DNA of 64,000 bases from Tubiluchus corallicola. Taxonomy: Eukaryota; Animalia; Priapulida. The notes under the pieces were generated by a model, which was given only the letters and a program-made list of their open reading frames with translations, did not search any database and was not told the origin of the DNA. Positions 1 through 14,489 of this stretch are shown in pieces. The stretch spans positions 248,001 to 312,000 of the forward strand of contig JAQGDQ010000203.1 of NCBI GenBank assembly GCA_030141605.1, written 5' to 3'. The first letter of the stretch is position 1. Each line of letters starts with the position of its first letter. The position numbers were made by a program, and so were the translations under genes.

Positions 1-1348
1 AATTTTGATTAACATTGGTTAAGTACTAAGTACAGATTTACCAAAACGCAGATGAGTGTCTCGGGGAGAGAGAAAAGATAGGTAATGAGCATGATAAAGG
101 TGGGAGGGAGAGAGTGGGGACGGGTGATTTTGTAAAAATGTGCAGTTATTTCGTCGTAGTAGTTCAATGTCTAATTGTTTTAATTAATTAAGGATCTTTC
201 GTGTTTTTCTTCAGACGTTTTTCACATAAAATACAGTCCTTTATTAATCCTAGTACTAACCTTGTTGTTTCGGGCAGTTTATGTAAAAAATGGACATCTA
301 GCTGGAGGCTTTGTTAATTATTTTCTCTTTTGTCTTGTTTATTCTGACAGTTAGTTTATAATTATTAGTCGCTTTTAACTGCTCTGTAATTAGTAATGTT
401 GGGGATTGTATTTTAACTCAATATTGTTTACAAGTGGAGCTGTGTGTCCAATGCAAAACTGATGCGACTCATGTGGTACCTATCTGAGAGTACCACGACT
501 TGCTGGAATTGGAGGTACTTTTGTTGGTTGGGTTGTTGAAACGTGCATTTCATTGCTTTTTTGGTCTAAGTTTCACGTTTTGCATACATCTGCTAAACTT
601 GTAAGTACCAAAAGTGTGATAGACTTTTTAATAGAGTAATGTTGGTGACTTTTAATGGTGTATCGAGGTCAAAGGTCATTTGTGAATTTAAAACTGTGGG
701 GTATTAGGCCACCAAAAGTTGAGTAGCTTTAGTGCTACAGAGAAGACAGATTATACTGTATACTTTATGATCTTGAATAGCTTGTTTGAGTTAAGTCAGT
801 TAAATGCCGAATGAACACAAATCAGACTTTTTCATCCACAGGATCAGCCAAAGCCACAGTACTAGGGTTAGGTCCGCTGTGTGGTGTGATTCAAGACCAT
901 CTTGCTTTTGTGCGATATCTATCTATGAAAATACCTCGGCATTACCTTTCATTTGATGTATTACAAGCTACTATTCAACAGAATGTGTGAGCATTTTGTC
1001 TGTTTGGCTCCTCAATTTCACTCCTAGCGATGTTCTGTGTCAACCAATCTGGTCGCAGCTCATATTATTGAATCCATGGCATGATTGTCATTGAGGCCTT
1101 TCATTTGATACATTACGACCTACTGTTTTCCCGCACTCAGCCGTTCACTAGATTTCAACCTCCTAGCCACATAACCAAAAATTGTAAGAGGAGACCCAGC
1201 CTAAAGAGATTATAGGAAACCCACTGCGTGACCTTTGACCCAGGTGACTGGTCATATACAGACATAAATCCCCCTGTCTGGCGATTGCGCTCTGAGAGCT
1301 TCGTGAGCCTTGCCCTCTATGTTTGCGAGTTATTAAAAGAAACACAAA

Positions 1349-1413
1349 GGCCGAAGAGTAAATAAGCAAAAAACGTGGTAGGCCGAAGAGTAGATAAGCA
1401 AAAAAACGGGGTA
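1349..1413 (+). repeat. 32/33-bp tandem duplication
   Basis: GGCCGAAGAGTA(A/G)ATAAGCAAAAAA(A)CG(T/G)GGTA twice. Confidence 0.85.
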
Positions 1414-1916
1414 AGTCAACAAATTAAAGTACTTTAAGTAATGCATGATATCACAAGCTGAAGTGTTTCACCTGAGATTCCTGCAATATCCCTTTCATCA
1501 TGCCGTCTAACTAATTGCAGCTTTAATTATTAACATTGCAATGGGAAACTCATTAATTAGTAATCAAGGTTTGTTAACTGAACAACGCCTAATTGATGTG
1601 CAATTGCTAAACAATTGTTGTGTTGCTCACACCTACGAGGGTTATTAATTACGTGACAGGCTTTAGGTTGAGAGAGAGGCTATGTATCTAGCCCTGAGAA
1701 ACCATAATAGATTATTAGCTCAACGTTCGGCGCGAGGTAGGCTTTTATAGTGGTTATCTTTGATTAATATTTCTGGCTTAGTACTAGCGGTTTACTGTGT
1801 TTTCACTTCGCGTTGATTTATTTTCAGTGAATAAAATTCCAGACCATCCAGCTGATTAGTTATTGCCGGTTTTAATAATGTTTAAACCTTCTAATGACTA
1901 CCACATAAATTAAAAC

Positions 1917-2501
1917 TTAAAGGAAAGCCAGAACTCATCTTAAACTATAGCTCAAAACAATCTACCCTATAATAATAATATTGAAAGGAAACATACTATT
2001 TCTTTCAATACTGATTTACGCAAAAGAATTATTACTACAGAAACGTAATTTCGCATTCGCGCTGTTAGTTCTTCGTTGTTACTGCTGTTACATGCATTTC
2101 GCAATTCGCTAATTACATCGGAAGAGCGCCTCTCAGTTCAAATGTGTTCAATTTTGACGTAGTGCAGACGTCCGAGAGCTACTGGCAAACTAGAAATTTG
2201 AATTTAAAACTTAAAATTTGCTGAGTTTTTGTGTATCACGCTGAATGTTGTACAGTAACACTGTACTTCAATTTTCGCTTTCGCAAACAGGTGCACCACG
2301 CTCGTGAAATGTTTTTGTGCTGTTGAAAATTATGTTCAGTTGTGATGTCATCACTAGTTAGGCTCGCTTGTCGTTAATTAGGTTATAGTCTATTATTTAA
2401 GTACCAGAAATACTTTGGTAGTGCTATAGGTCTTAAAATGTGTACTTTTACCGTACCTCAAAATGGGGTAGGATATATAAATTCACACAGTTTTTCTTTA
2501 A
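1917..2501 (+). mobile_element. Non-autonomous TTAA-flanked DNA transposon (Kolobok-like MITE), copy 1
   Basis: Colinear similarity over its full length to 24109-24698 (e.g. GAATTATTAC.ACAGAAA, TTGTACAGTA.CACTG.ACTTCAATTTT, TTGTGATGTCATCACTAGTT.GGCTCG); termini TTAA|AGG ... TCT|TTAA. Confidence 0.7.
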
Positions 2502-5500
2502 ATGTAAACTTTTGTGGACCATTTGTGGTATTGGACTCTGGTTTTTTTATTTATCTATGCGTTTTCAAATCATGCAGTAATTTTTCTCAAATCGAGTTGT
2601 ACCGATTTTGAACTCATTGCCTGCATATGTTGATCGTAACTGCACAAAATATTAAGTTATTTAAAAGCCGCTTATATAAATTTAAATAAATAAAGTTACC
2701 TTACATAAATTCCTTGTCCTCAATAGACACATGCTAGCAGTTAATCTCTTTGTGTCTTTACCACACTCTTGTAAATATTTTATTTGTATGTTTTTCCAAC
2801 GTGTTTTATATATATTGTTTTTATTATAGACTGTATTTTACTATTGGGTGTGAATAAAATAAAATAAATAAATAAGATACCAAACGCAGAGGTCGGTTAG
2901 CTGTCTGTAGGTTCTGAGCTACGTCTCTTTATTTTGATACTTTCTAAATCTGTGTATTCAATATGCTTGCGGCTACAACGTTTTGCTACAAGTATGCATT
3001 CACCCGCTTTATGTTCTGCCGTTTCTACTCGTCCTTGTACGGAAACGGTTGTTCACATTGAAATAGAATCACCAAAGTTGTATATGAAATTAAGCTTCTC
3101 TTGTACATTAAAAACTGAAATTTTTCTACAGCACTATCTTCTTGTGACTTTGCATGATTTTCTGCGTTTTGGATCGACCTCTTTTACGATGTCCTTTGCA
3201 TTATTTGTAGGCGCGCTACGTCAGTAGAAGTTTGAGGAAAGTAGTTGAGAACCGTGATTATTTAGAATGTATAGTAACCACACATGTTACACTGACACAC
3301 AGCCGTAGTTCATTGTATTGTTTTCTCAGTAGCAGTTGCTCAAATTTTCATGTTAAACCAGGAGTCTCACCTGCATGGTTTTAGGAACGTAATGATCTTA
3401 AGTGTGTAAGATTTTCTTATTAATTGTAAATATTTACTTGAAATTTTATTTGTTTCTTCCTCTGAGTAGATGAGTGAATTGCAATAAATTTATTTAATTT
3501 ATTGTGTGTAGATGTTTGGTTTATAGGTCCTAGATATTTTAGTGTTTTGCCGTAACCGTAATATAGGCCGCTTAGCGGTGAAGGCCTACACTAACAGGTG
3601 TGAATTGTCGTTATTATAAACAAAGGATTCGCCACTGTCAACGAGACGTAAATATTGTCTTGTTTACCACATTGCTCACGTATCTACAAAGTACAAATAC
3701 TAGCGAAAGAGCGCTTGATTTGTTGTTTCTAATTTACCTGCGTCCTGCAGCAAAGACTGGCTCACAGGTTTGAGAATGTTTATTCAGATTATTTCCTTAG
3801 CTTATTGGCTGATATGTATTATCAAGCTCAAAATTGAATGGTATACATAATAAGCTTATAAATTTAATTGCAATCGTCCATTTATAATAATTAATAGGTT
3901 GCTTGATGAGTGAAACTCAATGGTAAATGAAAAGCAACAGACCTGCGCTTTTTTACTGTACAATCACCGTCTTCTTTTAAGTGAGAATTTCGCCAGTTTC
4001 CGCTTGATTTCTTCAGTTTTGTTTTCATCTTTAAGCCATTCGGTTTACTTTTGAACAAAATAAAGGGGTTAACCCTGCGTTTGTTTGCTTTTCCCATGTT
4101 TACATTATTGTGCAGTGTTTACTTTTCGCTCATCTCATTACCGCTATCTCTGTAAAACTTTTTCAATTTTTCATATCGTCCGTACAGTCATTGTAACCAT
4201 GTGAAGTGAATTAAACTTGAACGTGTACAATGAAACTGAAAATTTCTGAACATTTGAACCGTCCCTTGAGTTTATTCTGTGCTGCTGTGAAGCATATTCT
4301 GTTGATGATGGCAGAAGGTGCCTAGAAACAACAAGATTTTTTTAAAAAAATTAAACATTGGCAATGGTTTATCCTGATACTTCATTAATCCGGCGTTACA
4401 TTTTTAATCCCGCCTGATTGTTTCATATTATGTTCTGTTCGAATAATTGCTCTTTGGAGAACTTGTGTCATATGGGGACAGTCGACTTGCTGTGTCAGCG
4501 TAAAACCGAAAGTAACAAAATATTTTCCATGAACCAATCATTTCAAACAAAAACAAGTTTTATGACTTATCACCAAAACGCCAACACATTTGTTAACGTG
4601 CTCACTTGGATGATTCCTTGCTCAGTCTGATCCAGTGTTTGTTCCTCTTAATCTTAGCAATTTGTAAGCATCCATTCTGCTAAAAATTCTAACTGAGGTT
4701 CGAACAAACTGAGGGGTAATCTCCGGTAATTTCAAGTCTGTAAGTTGTCGCAGCCGGTATATGTTGTTATAAAAATTGAATGATATTAGAGACAGGTTAA
4801 GAGAAAAGAATTCACGAGCTCTTCTAATACTTTGGTTCTCCTCAAGCATCAAAGAATTTTCTTTAGTTTTGAGCAAAAACTAAAACCATGGCCAATTTTA
4901 TCAATACTTTACATCGCATGCGTGAGCATTTTTGATAAGTTAGTGATTAGAAACCAGTGGCAGTTGTGCGCAGTTTTTGTATTCATTTACTCAAAGCATA
5001 TCGGAGCGCTTGAAGCGCCATTATTAATGAATATTGATGCTGTAAGTTAACATGATTGTTTCGTATGAAAGGTCCAGGTGCTACTTGGAGTAAGCCAAGG
5101 TCATTTTTCTTACAATCTTGACAAGATCATAAGATGGGCACATTTACTTTGACGCCTAATAAAACTCATTCTATATTTGTCTGAGAAATTTTACTATCCT
5201 TTCATTCTTTTCGCTTTTCATTCCTGGTCTAGGCCTTGGATAAACTTATTGTGAAAATGCAGTTAAACTCTTGCTAAAAGATTAAAAAATTCTTTTGCAA
5301 AACGTCTCTTGTATCTATTGCACATCAGAAACGATTCTGTTAAACTCAAACCATGTCGAATTGACGATGTTTAATATTTTATTCTGTGGTATTTGTAAAG
5401 TTTTCGAATGCTCCTTTATGATGGCTGCTAGCTTGCATTTTGCTGAAAAGTGTTTTAATTTGACATAAATTTTCACGGACATGAGTCTTGTGTGTGAGTC

Positions 5501-8239
5501 TTTGAGCCAGTGAATAACTCGGTGAGTCAGTCGGCAAGTGAACATAAAACTGCAAGGGCTCACATTAACAGCAAACACTAGGTCCTTATGGTCCAGCATC
5601 ACCTTATCTGTGTGTCTCAAAAGTAATGTGTACAAGTGAGTAATTAGCACCGATTAACTCACTGAGCATTAATCTAAAAAGTGAGTAACTCAGTGAGTCA
5701 ATCAGTTAGTGGACACAAAACTTCAAGAGGCTCACTACACTAATGTAAACGGGTGAGTGGCTCAGTGAGTCAGTTTCTTTGTGGCATCATAAAAGCCATG
5801 AAATTCATTCTAAATTGAATGTTCAGCAAGAGGTTCACAACACGTCTCCTTTATCGAGCGGTCGTTTCTTGTAAATAATGGACTTTACATATACTGATTA
5901 ACAATGAAGGTTTTTACAAGATTTAGTGTTGGCTTTACTAAGTAAGTTCTAGCAGGAGACTGGTTTATTGTTTCAAACCCTGTTCATTACCGTGTTGGCC
6001 AACATGCTGCTGTTGAAAAGATGAAAACGGTCAACCTTTCAACCGAATCAAGTTAGGGAATTCTCTTTGATGATCTGCAATGCAACAGTTGACCTCGTGG
6101 TACAGTGAAATTATTACGAAGAGAAACATAAGGCAAAGCGTAAATATTTTAATATTCTTCATGTGATCTTTTTGACTTTTCTCTCATTTTTCTGCACCTG
6201 TAATCACTCCACACCTGTCTATAGGTAACACTAGCTGAAAGACATCAACCAAGAACAAATTGAATTGCTTTATCAAATACTTGTTGAAAGTCAAGAGGTG
6301 TTTGATTCAAAGATTTTCTATAGACGTTAAAGAATGAGTTTTCCTTGAGACGGTATTACAGTTCATTCAAAGTAAAATCCACAGTTGAACATTACTAGGT
6401 GTTATTCAAAGTTTAATTGATCGATAACTCTAGATTCTAAAGATTCTTACAGCTTGTAAACGCCTATTGCTTATAATCATATGTAAAACAAGGTGTGGCA
6501 CAAAAACTAATCACACCCCTCCAATCATATCCACCCTTGTTTTGCGGGTGCACAGATGTGCCACCAGCTGTGGTCGATAATGAAGATGGACTGATAAATC
6601 TGGTGCTCAAAAATAGATGATTTGATGGATAAGAGAATGTCAAACTAGATTAAATTGGACACGCAACAAGTCAGAGTTTTTAGATTTGTGCACTTGCAGT
6701 ATATAAAAACTGAGCAACTGGTGTTTCTTTCAACAAGTTATGTTTTGCTATATTACAGAATTATGTTTATTTTATTCTTAGCGTTTATTGATCTGATATG
6801 TTTATTTTGCAGATGCTAAAACTGTGCACAGCATTACTAAGTTTTAACTGCTAGGTGGATTTATTTGTTATTTTCTTTCCGTAATTGCAAAATATTTTTC
6901 GAATTTTTGATGTTATTTTATTCTGCAGTATAAAAATAAGATAAACTGCTATTTCTTTGATGTTTTCTACCAGTCTGGCTTGTCGGAATTAAGAAAAAGT
7001 TATGTAATATGGCAAAATAAGACGTGATTTATTTCGTAATATTCCAGTTTTTCTAAAAAAAAAGTTAATTATAACAATGTGGTTGAATTATCCGAGCAAT
7101 TTTTATAGAATTCAGCATTAGCATACACGTTTTACATCTTTTTATGGCAGAAAGCTGGTGTATGTTACCTGATTTTAACATTCTCTTATGTAATATCTAT
7201 GCGCATCTATGAAATACGTTGTTATTTTTGTACGTTTAATGGAAACTTTGGCATTATACGTAAATACCAGTTATAAAATAAAGTTTACGTGTTTCCAGGG
7301 CGAGCACGATCTTTGTTTTGAACATGTTTTTCCAAAGTTTGTTTCGGGTCGTCCAATGACTACATTTACAAGATTTAGAACACGAATTTTTTAATGAGTT
7401 ATTCTTTGTCCCTTTGTATCAACGTGGCTACAAAGCTGCATATGTTCTTTGGTTTCCACATGTCATTAGAATAATGTGCTCTTCGCCCTTGCCACGTATT
7501 GGGCTGAATTTCGTCAATTGCTGTCAACATTTTTATCTTCGCCATCTGACTTTTTTCTCCTAACTTTAGAGTTGTAGAGTTATTTTCACATCTGATTGAA
7601 ACTGTATAGTAAGAGTTGCTGTGATTCGTCTAAACGTTTTTATAAACGACTGCACAGTCAAAGCATCACATCATTTTTGTATACAGTTATTTTTTTGCTA
7701 ACTTTTCATCTTATCATGCGTGCTACTGCATGTCTACTCGTGTGCATTACCTGTGAAAGCTTTTCATTTTACTCCTTGATAATGTACAGATAGCCATGCA
7801 CCTGGTTACACACCTGTCCCACAGGATTTTGAATGGCAGACCACCTCTGTCTGGTTTGACTATAAGAATAATGTGCCACTCTGACACTATTGCAAGCTTT
7901 TGAGTATTTAGGTTCAAGACTTTCTTATGCTGATATTCAGAATGTTTTTTACACAGTATTAAATTGAGGTTATTCTAAATCGTATGTGTTTTACATTGTT
8001 AGATTATTAAATCTATATATTTATAATCATAAAATTTAGATTTCAAACTAGTTGACAATGTTTCTGATGTGGTCAGAAACTGAAGATTTTGCAAACAATA
8101 CAGTCAGTAGTTACAGAATTGGGCATTGAAAAGACACCAGCCTCTTCTTTTAAAGTTCTAACATTATTTTATTGAATTCAGTTTGCTTGAATGCATAGGA
8201 ACTGCACTTCATAATGAAATGGCAACTTGTAACATTTTA

Positions 8240-9020
8240 ACCTGTGACCCAGGAGTCAGAGGTCCACCAATTTTGGCATAACTGATACCATTCAGTTTAT
8301 CTCTTTGAGACATTTCATTTGATATACTACATCATACTATTCCTAGACACCCAATGTATTCCTGTTCCTGACCCCCATTTTTCAGTTTTTGCCTCCTAGC
8401 GGAAAATTTCCCATCCCTCTAAGTGCCCCATATTCTGCCATACCCAGGAACTTGGCAACACCTAACCATATACCAGATATTATGGCCCCAGCTCAAAAAC
8501 TGTCGGAGAAGATAGATCCTAAAGAAAAATAAATGAAGACCCACCCGCTCCATGACCTTTGACCCAGCAACTCCGGTCACATGTATACATAGTTCCCTTT
8601 GCCCAGAGAGTGTACCCTGTGAATTTGGTGTTCCTGCCCCTAAGCATGTAAAAGGACACCAAATGGCAGCCCCAAATTTTGCATTGTGGCCCTTCCCTCG
8701 GGCGTTTATAGCTTGTCAGCTTTTTGAAACCCCAGTTCCATATCTACCCCACAGTACCCAAATACTTGTGAAAAAGAATTGCAAAAAACCGAAAGCCCTA
8801 AGAGGAATTATGTCTTAAAGGAAAAACTGACCGATGCCTACTGCCCTTTCCCCTTGACCAAAGGTCAGTGGTTCCCTGCCCAGAGCTACCAAACCTGTGA
8901 GTTTGGTGACCCTATCTAACAAAGGTTTAAGAGTTGTTAAGCATTTAAGTTGCAGAGAATAAATAAGAATAAATAACTCAATGAAAATCAGTAAGATTTT
9001 GCTATAGCTAAATCTTAATA
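8240..9020 (+). mobile_element. Helentron/HINE-like non-autonomous repeat; related pieces at ~660-1440
   Basis: Shares TTTCATTTGAT(A/G) (8313; also 947 and 1099) and TGACCTTTGACCCAG (8553; also 1229) with the 660-1440 region. Ends in a short AATAAATAAG repeat and the stem-loop TAAGATTTTGCTATAGCTAAATCTTA (8992-9017). The family label is an inference from architecture. Confidence 0.45.
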
Positions 9021-9184
9021 ATTATCAGGAACCAATAAAAGCTCAAAATTGATTACAAAAAATAATTAGTTATTTTTTAAATTATTTATTATTATTTATA
9101 TAATTTAAAAATAACTAGTCCAGCAAAACTAATACTTACGAAAGTTGGATTGACTGGTGAGCTATTAACAAGTTTAAGGCGCAC

Positions 9185-9238
9185 CTTGATCACAAGTTAA
9201 TCATCTTGATCACAAGTTGATCACCTTAATCACAAGTC
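9185..9238 (+). repeat. 20-bp tandem repeat, ~2.7 copies
   Basis: CTTGATCACAAGTTAATCAT / CTTGATCACAAGTTGATCAC / CTTAATCACAAGTC. Confidence 0.85.
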
Positions 9239-9305
9239 TAGATGTTCTAATGGTCACTGCATTCGACTTATAATCTGAAGGTCCCTGTTTCAATCCTGAC
9301 TATTT
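9236..9305 (+). mobile_element. tRNA-derived SINE head remnant
   Basis: A-box-like TCTAATGGT and B-box-like GTTTCAATCC at tRNA-like spacing; no intact acceptor stem. Confidence 0.4.
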
Positions 9306-11439
9306 TGCATTACCTTTCGGATAAGTTTGTTTTCAAAAATGTAATAAAGCTGTATAGGTTCATTTTATCATTGTGGATTCTCGTATACTGACACAGTTTG
9401 CAGTTTTATGTGCATAGTGTGCGCTAAACATTTTACATAGACGCTCAAATAAATTTGATTTATCCACCTATTAAAGAAAATTAACGAACTAAGTAACAGC
9501 ACTGTCTCTTAGTTTCTTTAAAGTTTTTAAATCATTGATTTCTATGTAGTGCAATAGTTCAGTTACAAAGCATCTTTCCCTGACTGACTATATTTTTTAT
9601 TACCACTTTTACTCCAATTTGTCTGTTTCTGTACTTCTTTACAGAACAGGAACGTCTTTGTTAATTTTTCTTCTCCAGTTTTCTTATTGGTTTTTCTTCC
9701 GTCTGAAATCGAGTTTGTGTATTTGTCTATTCATTGCCTTCCTCGGGCGGATGAATACAATCACTGTCCATCTCATAACAACCGAACTTATTGTCTAGGG
9801 AAGACTTATCTGGTCTTAATAAAACTTGATCATTTTTGTAAACATTCGATGTGTTTAGACTTGTAGAACACACAATCTTTACCAGAACCTAAGAACTGCA
9901 CTTAGCTGTGCGCTATTAATTATTGTTTCTGTGAAGTAGCTGATATATTTGAAATACCATGGTACTACTAATAGACCTGTTAACATAAAAGTACATCAAT
10001 AATCACTCTGCTATGGAGCCTGTAAAAGGTCGATCAGGAAAATGTGTTAATAATAATTGCCATTATTGTACATAATTGTTGTAGATATTACAGGTTTATT
10101 GTTAAAAGAGTGAGTCTTCTGGTATCTCCAATGAGAAAACTTAAACAGATAATTAAGGTATCTGGTTCAATGATAATTAGATAAACATTGCTCTGCTATG
10201 AGAATAAATCCAATTTGTTGAAGTATAATAAGAAACTGTCAAGTGTTATTAATGGTGTGACTAGTCAGTTGAAGTAGGACTTTTCTTGTACGAATCAACG
10301 TTAAAAACTTTTAAAAGGGATTGTGCGTAGTCATATAAGAGAATCTCAGACCTTTTGCTTACTTTTTAAAAATATAGCTTCCTTACTATTTTCCAGGAAA
10401 TTGCAGTCTGGTGAAGCAAAAAGCTCCGCTTTTGATTGTCGATCTTGATTGGCACCACGCACTTGAAAAATCATCATTCAATTTAAGACAGCCACCCACA
10501 TTGTTAAAACGGGTCACTAAACATGAAGGGTACAAGAGTTTATTTTTACTTTTAATCACCTGTTTTCCAGTTTGTAATAAGCACTACACTGAAACCTGCA
10601 ATAGAATTAAAACGTTTATTAGGTGACAGTGCAGAAAAAAATTCATGGAAGGTTAGTATTTATCTACAAAACAATTTACCTGGTAGCTGTATATCCTGAT
10701 TAAACCCGCGTTTACAGTTAATTCGTCGTGTGAGAATTCCTTAAAGCTAAAATTTATATTTGTATCGTCTATATGTAGCTTTATATCCAGAAATAAAAAG
10801 TAATGGAATGAGGAATTTTACACAAATACTTGTATCTAGAATGCTAGAGGGTTTCATTATCTACTCAAATAAAATATTAATTAAATTTATAGCGTTTCAT
10901 CATAGAGGATTATCCTCGATAATGAACTGTGTTACAGTCCTTCCACAACCATCTTTTAAATAGGTCTTTCCTTTAATTCTGGATCCCGGCATGCATAAAA
11001 AGGTACACTTAACTGTTTGCCATTGTACAAATTAGTAAATTACAGTCACATTAGAATTAAATTGACAATGTTAAGAGACTTGGGAAGTCTTCCCTATTGC
11101 ATTACATTGCCGTTAGCGCGTTTAGATTGACACTGGATAAGTGCACGTTTAATGAGTTCACATTCTTTGACCAGTTTCTAAAGGAGGACCACCTTGCATG
11201 AAAACCCACTCCGTCATCATCTTTGCGTCTCCTGCCGCCCACAGTTCTACATTCCTGCATGAAACGTGTGATAATAAATTACCTCTCAGCACATCACGTA
11301 TAGTTGTTGCAGTAAAGATATAAATTTTATAGTTTTAATAACAATGACAACATCATGTTACATCAGCAACAACAACAACAATCTTTATGCATTTATTTCA
11401 ACAGATAACATGTCTGTTACACTTAAGGCTTTTATCACT

Positions 11440-11610
11440 CACACACAGAAAATAAAACCTTATTAACCCTTACTAATCCTTTTATGCTTATTAACATACA
11501 CTAGACAGGGCAACAGCAAGTATAACTTTTAAAATTCGTTGATTTGATTAGCTGCAGTATCGAACCCACAACCTTCCAGCTGGAAAACATGCACATTTCT
11601 ACTAGATTTA
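11440..11610 (-). mobile_element. tRNA-derived SINE remnant
   Basis: Minus strand has a B-box-like GGTTGTGGGTTCGATAC in a tRNA-like head, followed by a SINE-like body; too degenerate to be a tRNA gene. Confidence 0.5.
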
Positions 11611-12681
11611 ACTTTTACCTAACCAACATTTCAGCTTCCTCCTTGATTATCCAACTTGTTGGTGCCAGAACTTAGTCCACTCACCGCAGGTGTGGGCCAT
11701 TTGAAGTCATATACCCAGGCCCTGAATAACGCTTTTGATTAAATACATTTTAGCCACAAGTACAACACGTAACAAACCTTTTTATTATTATGTAGAACGT
11801 ATTTCAGACTACAGTAATCATGTTCTGCTGGTTTGACACTTTACTGGTTACAAATAGTATTGAAATTTTAGTTGCAACTGCAAGTACATCGAGGTTACCA
11901 GTCTTGGGCACTCATGTGATGATTTTTAAATGATTGATTTTTTAATAACACGAGTATTATATTGTTTTGCTATGTGATACAGAGCTATATATTTTATATA
12001 AAATGATAAACAAAGTCGGTGCCACCAGTCACTTCAAAGAAGTTCAATAAACGTCTGTAAAACTGCTTAATGTTTAAATACTACTTATTTTAAGTTTTTC
12101 CATGAAGTAGCTGTAATCGAAAGCAGTTTTGTGATACCTGGCGACACCTGGCTCAAATCCAGGCAGTATCAAACTTTTTATGTATTTCGAAAATTTGTCA
12201 ATGTGTCTGTTTAATTACTTTAAATTGCTTTAATCATAAAAGTCTTAATGATAATGCGGCGCACCATAATTATCGGTAGTAATTGTAATATATATTTTGT
12301 ATTTTTTCTAAAACACGATTACAAGAGTTTTAGTGCTTGAAGCAAGTTTTTCGTAGTTACTGTGGAAAATCCGCTTTTTAGACTAGTTTTTCTCCCGGGT
12401 TGTTTTTTTCCATTTTGTTTGGGTAAAGCTGGTCCGCGTTACCATAATACAGGTTTGTATAACTTTTACGCCTGCAGTCAGATGTGATGTGTTTTTATGT
12501 ACGAGGTTTATGTAAATGACAAAAGCCAGGTTTTAGACGCCTCTAATCTCGAATAGAGGGTAGCTGCTGTGTGTGAACCCAACGTTAGACTTGTTAAGAG
12601 GCAAGTTTACTGTCTGCCGAATCATGACTGATTGCATAGGAAATTCCACGGGTATTGAAAAATTAACTACAGTATTGTCAG

Positions 12682-13080
12682 TTTAAAGGAACGAAAATTG
12701 TCAAGCTGTCAGAGTTATGAAAACAGTTTCGGTCTCGTCTAGAAGACTTTGTCCTGTGCTCATATAACGACCGCTATCGTGTACAGTCCAGTCAACTTGG
12801 CTAAACAAAGCTACTTAGTGGGGTGGACAGGTGAAAATGTTGAATATAAATCCAGAAATATTGCTTTCTTGTAACTCGTTTAGTGATAGGAGTACTAGTT
12901 CTTTACAAACGTGTAAGGCTCTAGTTAAAAAAGAAATTTTCTGGTAGAGAATGCCGAAGATAAAAGGCCCGAGTGAAATACTGGATTTATAAATGCAGTT
13001 ATTCTCTATTTAGGAATGTCCAGTGTAAAAGTACAAGAAACAGCAAAAAATGACTACTGTGAGCAAATTGTTCCTTTTAA
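12682..13080. mobile_element. Possible TTAA-flanked MITE
   Basis: Imperfect terminal inverted repeat TTAAAGGGAACGAAAATTG / CAAATTGTTCCTTTTAA. Confidence 0.35.
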
Positions 13081-14489
13081 GAACAAATCACGAGACATCC
13101 TGAGACAATCTTCCCTTAAATTGTAATTTAATTATTTTTTAGACAATTTTATCCGACTTGTGCCCATACGTAATGTATTTGTATCAATAGAAAACGTTTC
13201 TGAATAAGTCTATTTAATTTATGCTTACTTTGTTTAGTCTGTACATGTGAAGTTTAAATAATAACTTGGCTGAAGTAGTTTTGCTAAATAAAATACATTT
13301 TTTGGAGAGCTTTTACTGGTTGAAAGCTGTTCAAGCAAAGTTTTGATTGGTTTACACGAATAATAGGATGAATACATTAGTGCTGGGAGCATTGTACCTA
13401 AACCTTTGATTGTACACGATAAGAGTTTTAAACTCTCTTGTCCAGTCGCACTTATAACTAACAAAGCCAGACAGGTAGTCCATTAAGCACCGTCCACACA
13501 CCTACAACACCTAAGCTTACCTCACCTGACGACTAATTAGTAATATTGGTCATGACAGGTAAGGTGAATGAGTTCCTAATACGTAGCTAATTGTTGATCA
13601 CTTGCAGAATAGGATATTAGATAGTGTTTGTTTTTCATAATTATTCCTGTTGAATCATTGTTTTCAGTTGTCTTGCGTTGTTTGATTTAGATCAAGTAGG
13701 AATTTCAGTGTAGGCAATTAGGTAAATTATAATTATGTACATCATTGTTAATTAACCCACCAAATGATGTTGATTTTTTCATATCGCGTGCGTTTCGGCA
13801 ACTAGCACTACTGTGTATTTGAGTTTATCTTACAAAACTTACACAATATTTATAGGCCTATAATTTATAGAATAACATTATACTTTTGCGATATTGAGTT
13901 ATTCGAACTCAAGCAGCGCTGAGACAGCGAACTATTTAATTTCACTATTAACGCATATATAGTGAATAAATTTGACCTTTGATTTGTAAATTCTATAATT
14001 GTAATGATTTTGTTACTGAGATAAAAGTTTAGCAACACTAAATAATTGTAGTTACAGCAGTTTTGTTTACTGTATGTATGTTACAATTTAATAAAATAAG
14101 TCAAGCATTTATTATGTCAAAAATATTTACAACTTCTTTGTTAGTACTGCTATATTGCCTGAAGTCATTTTCTCAGCAACTGATTTCATGTGTGATAGTA
14201 GAAAGTGTTGTGGTGTTTTATTTAATCATTTACTCTTCATTGCGTTTACATAAACACTGCTGAGTCAGTTGTGGACAGTAATGCCATAAAGTATGTTGAT
14301 CTGTTTTCATGTTTCTCTCCGTCTCTCCCCTTTCCCTCCCTCCCCCCCCTCTCTCTCTCTTTCCTCCCCTATTTTCATTTACAAAGTGCATATATCAAAT
14401 AGCGCTATTTGATATCAGACGTCAATCTGCCTCTAGTAAACAAACACCTTTTTCTGTTGACTTGCTCTGTTGGGAAGTTTGCTTACTTC

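Noticed and set aside
3891-4097. HMG-box-like start (KRRVNPFILF) on the minus strand
   Set aside because: Similarity is short and needs a frameshift; no supporting exon chain found.
4622-4876. 84-aa ORF as a possible transposase or recombinase remnant
   Set aside because: No recognisable catalytic motif.
9236-9305. tRNA gene
   Set aside because: Degenerate boxes and no acceptor stem; better explained as a SINE head.
13490-13564. Non-coding first exon of RAB23 (CAG|GTAAGG at 13559)
   Set aside because: Plausible donor but cannot be distinguished from chance without transcript data.
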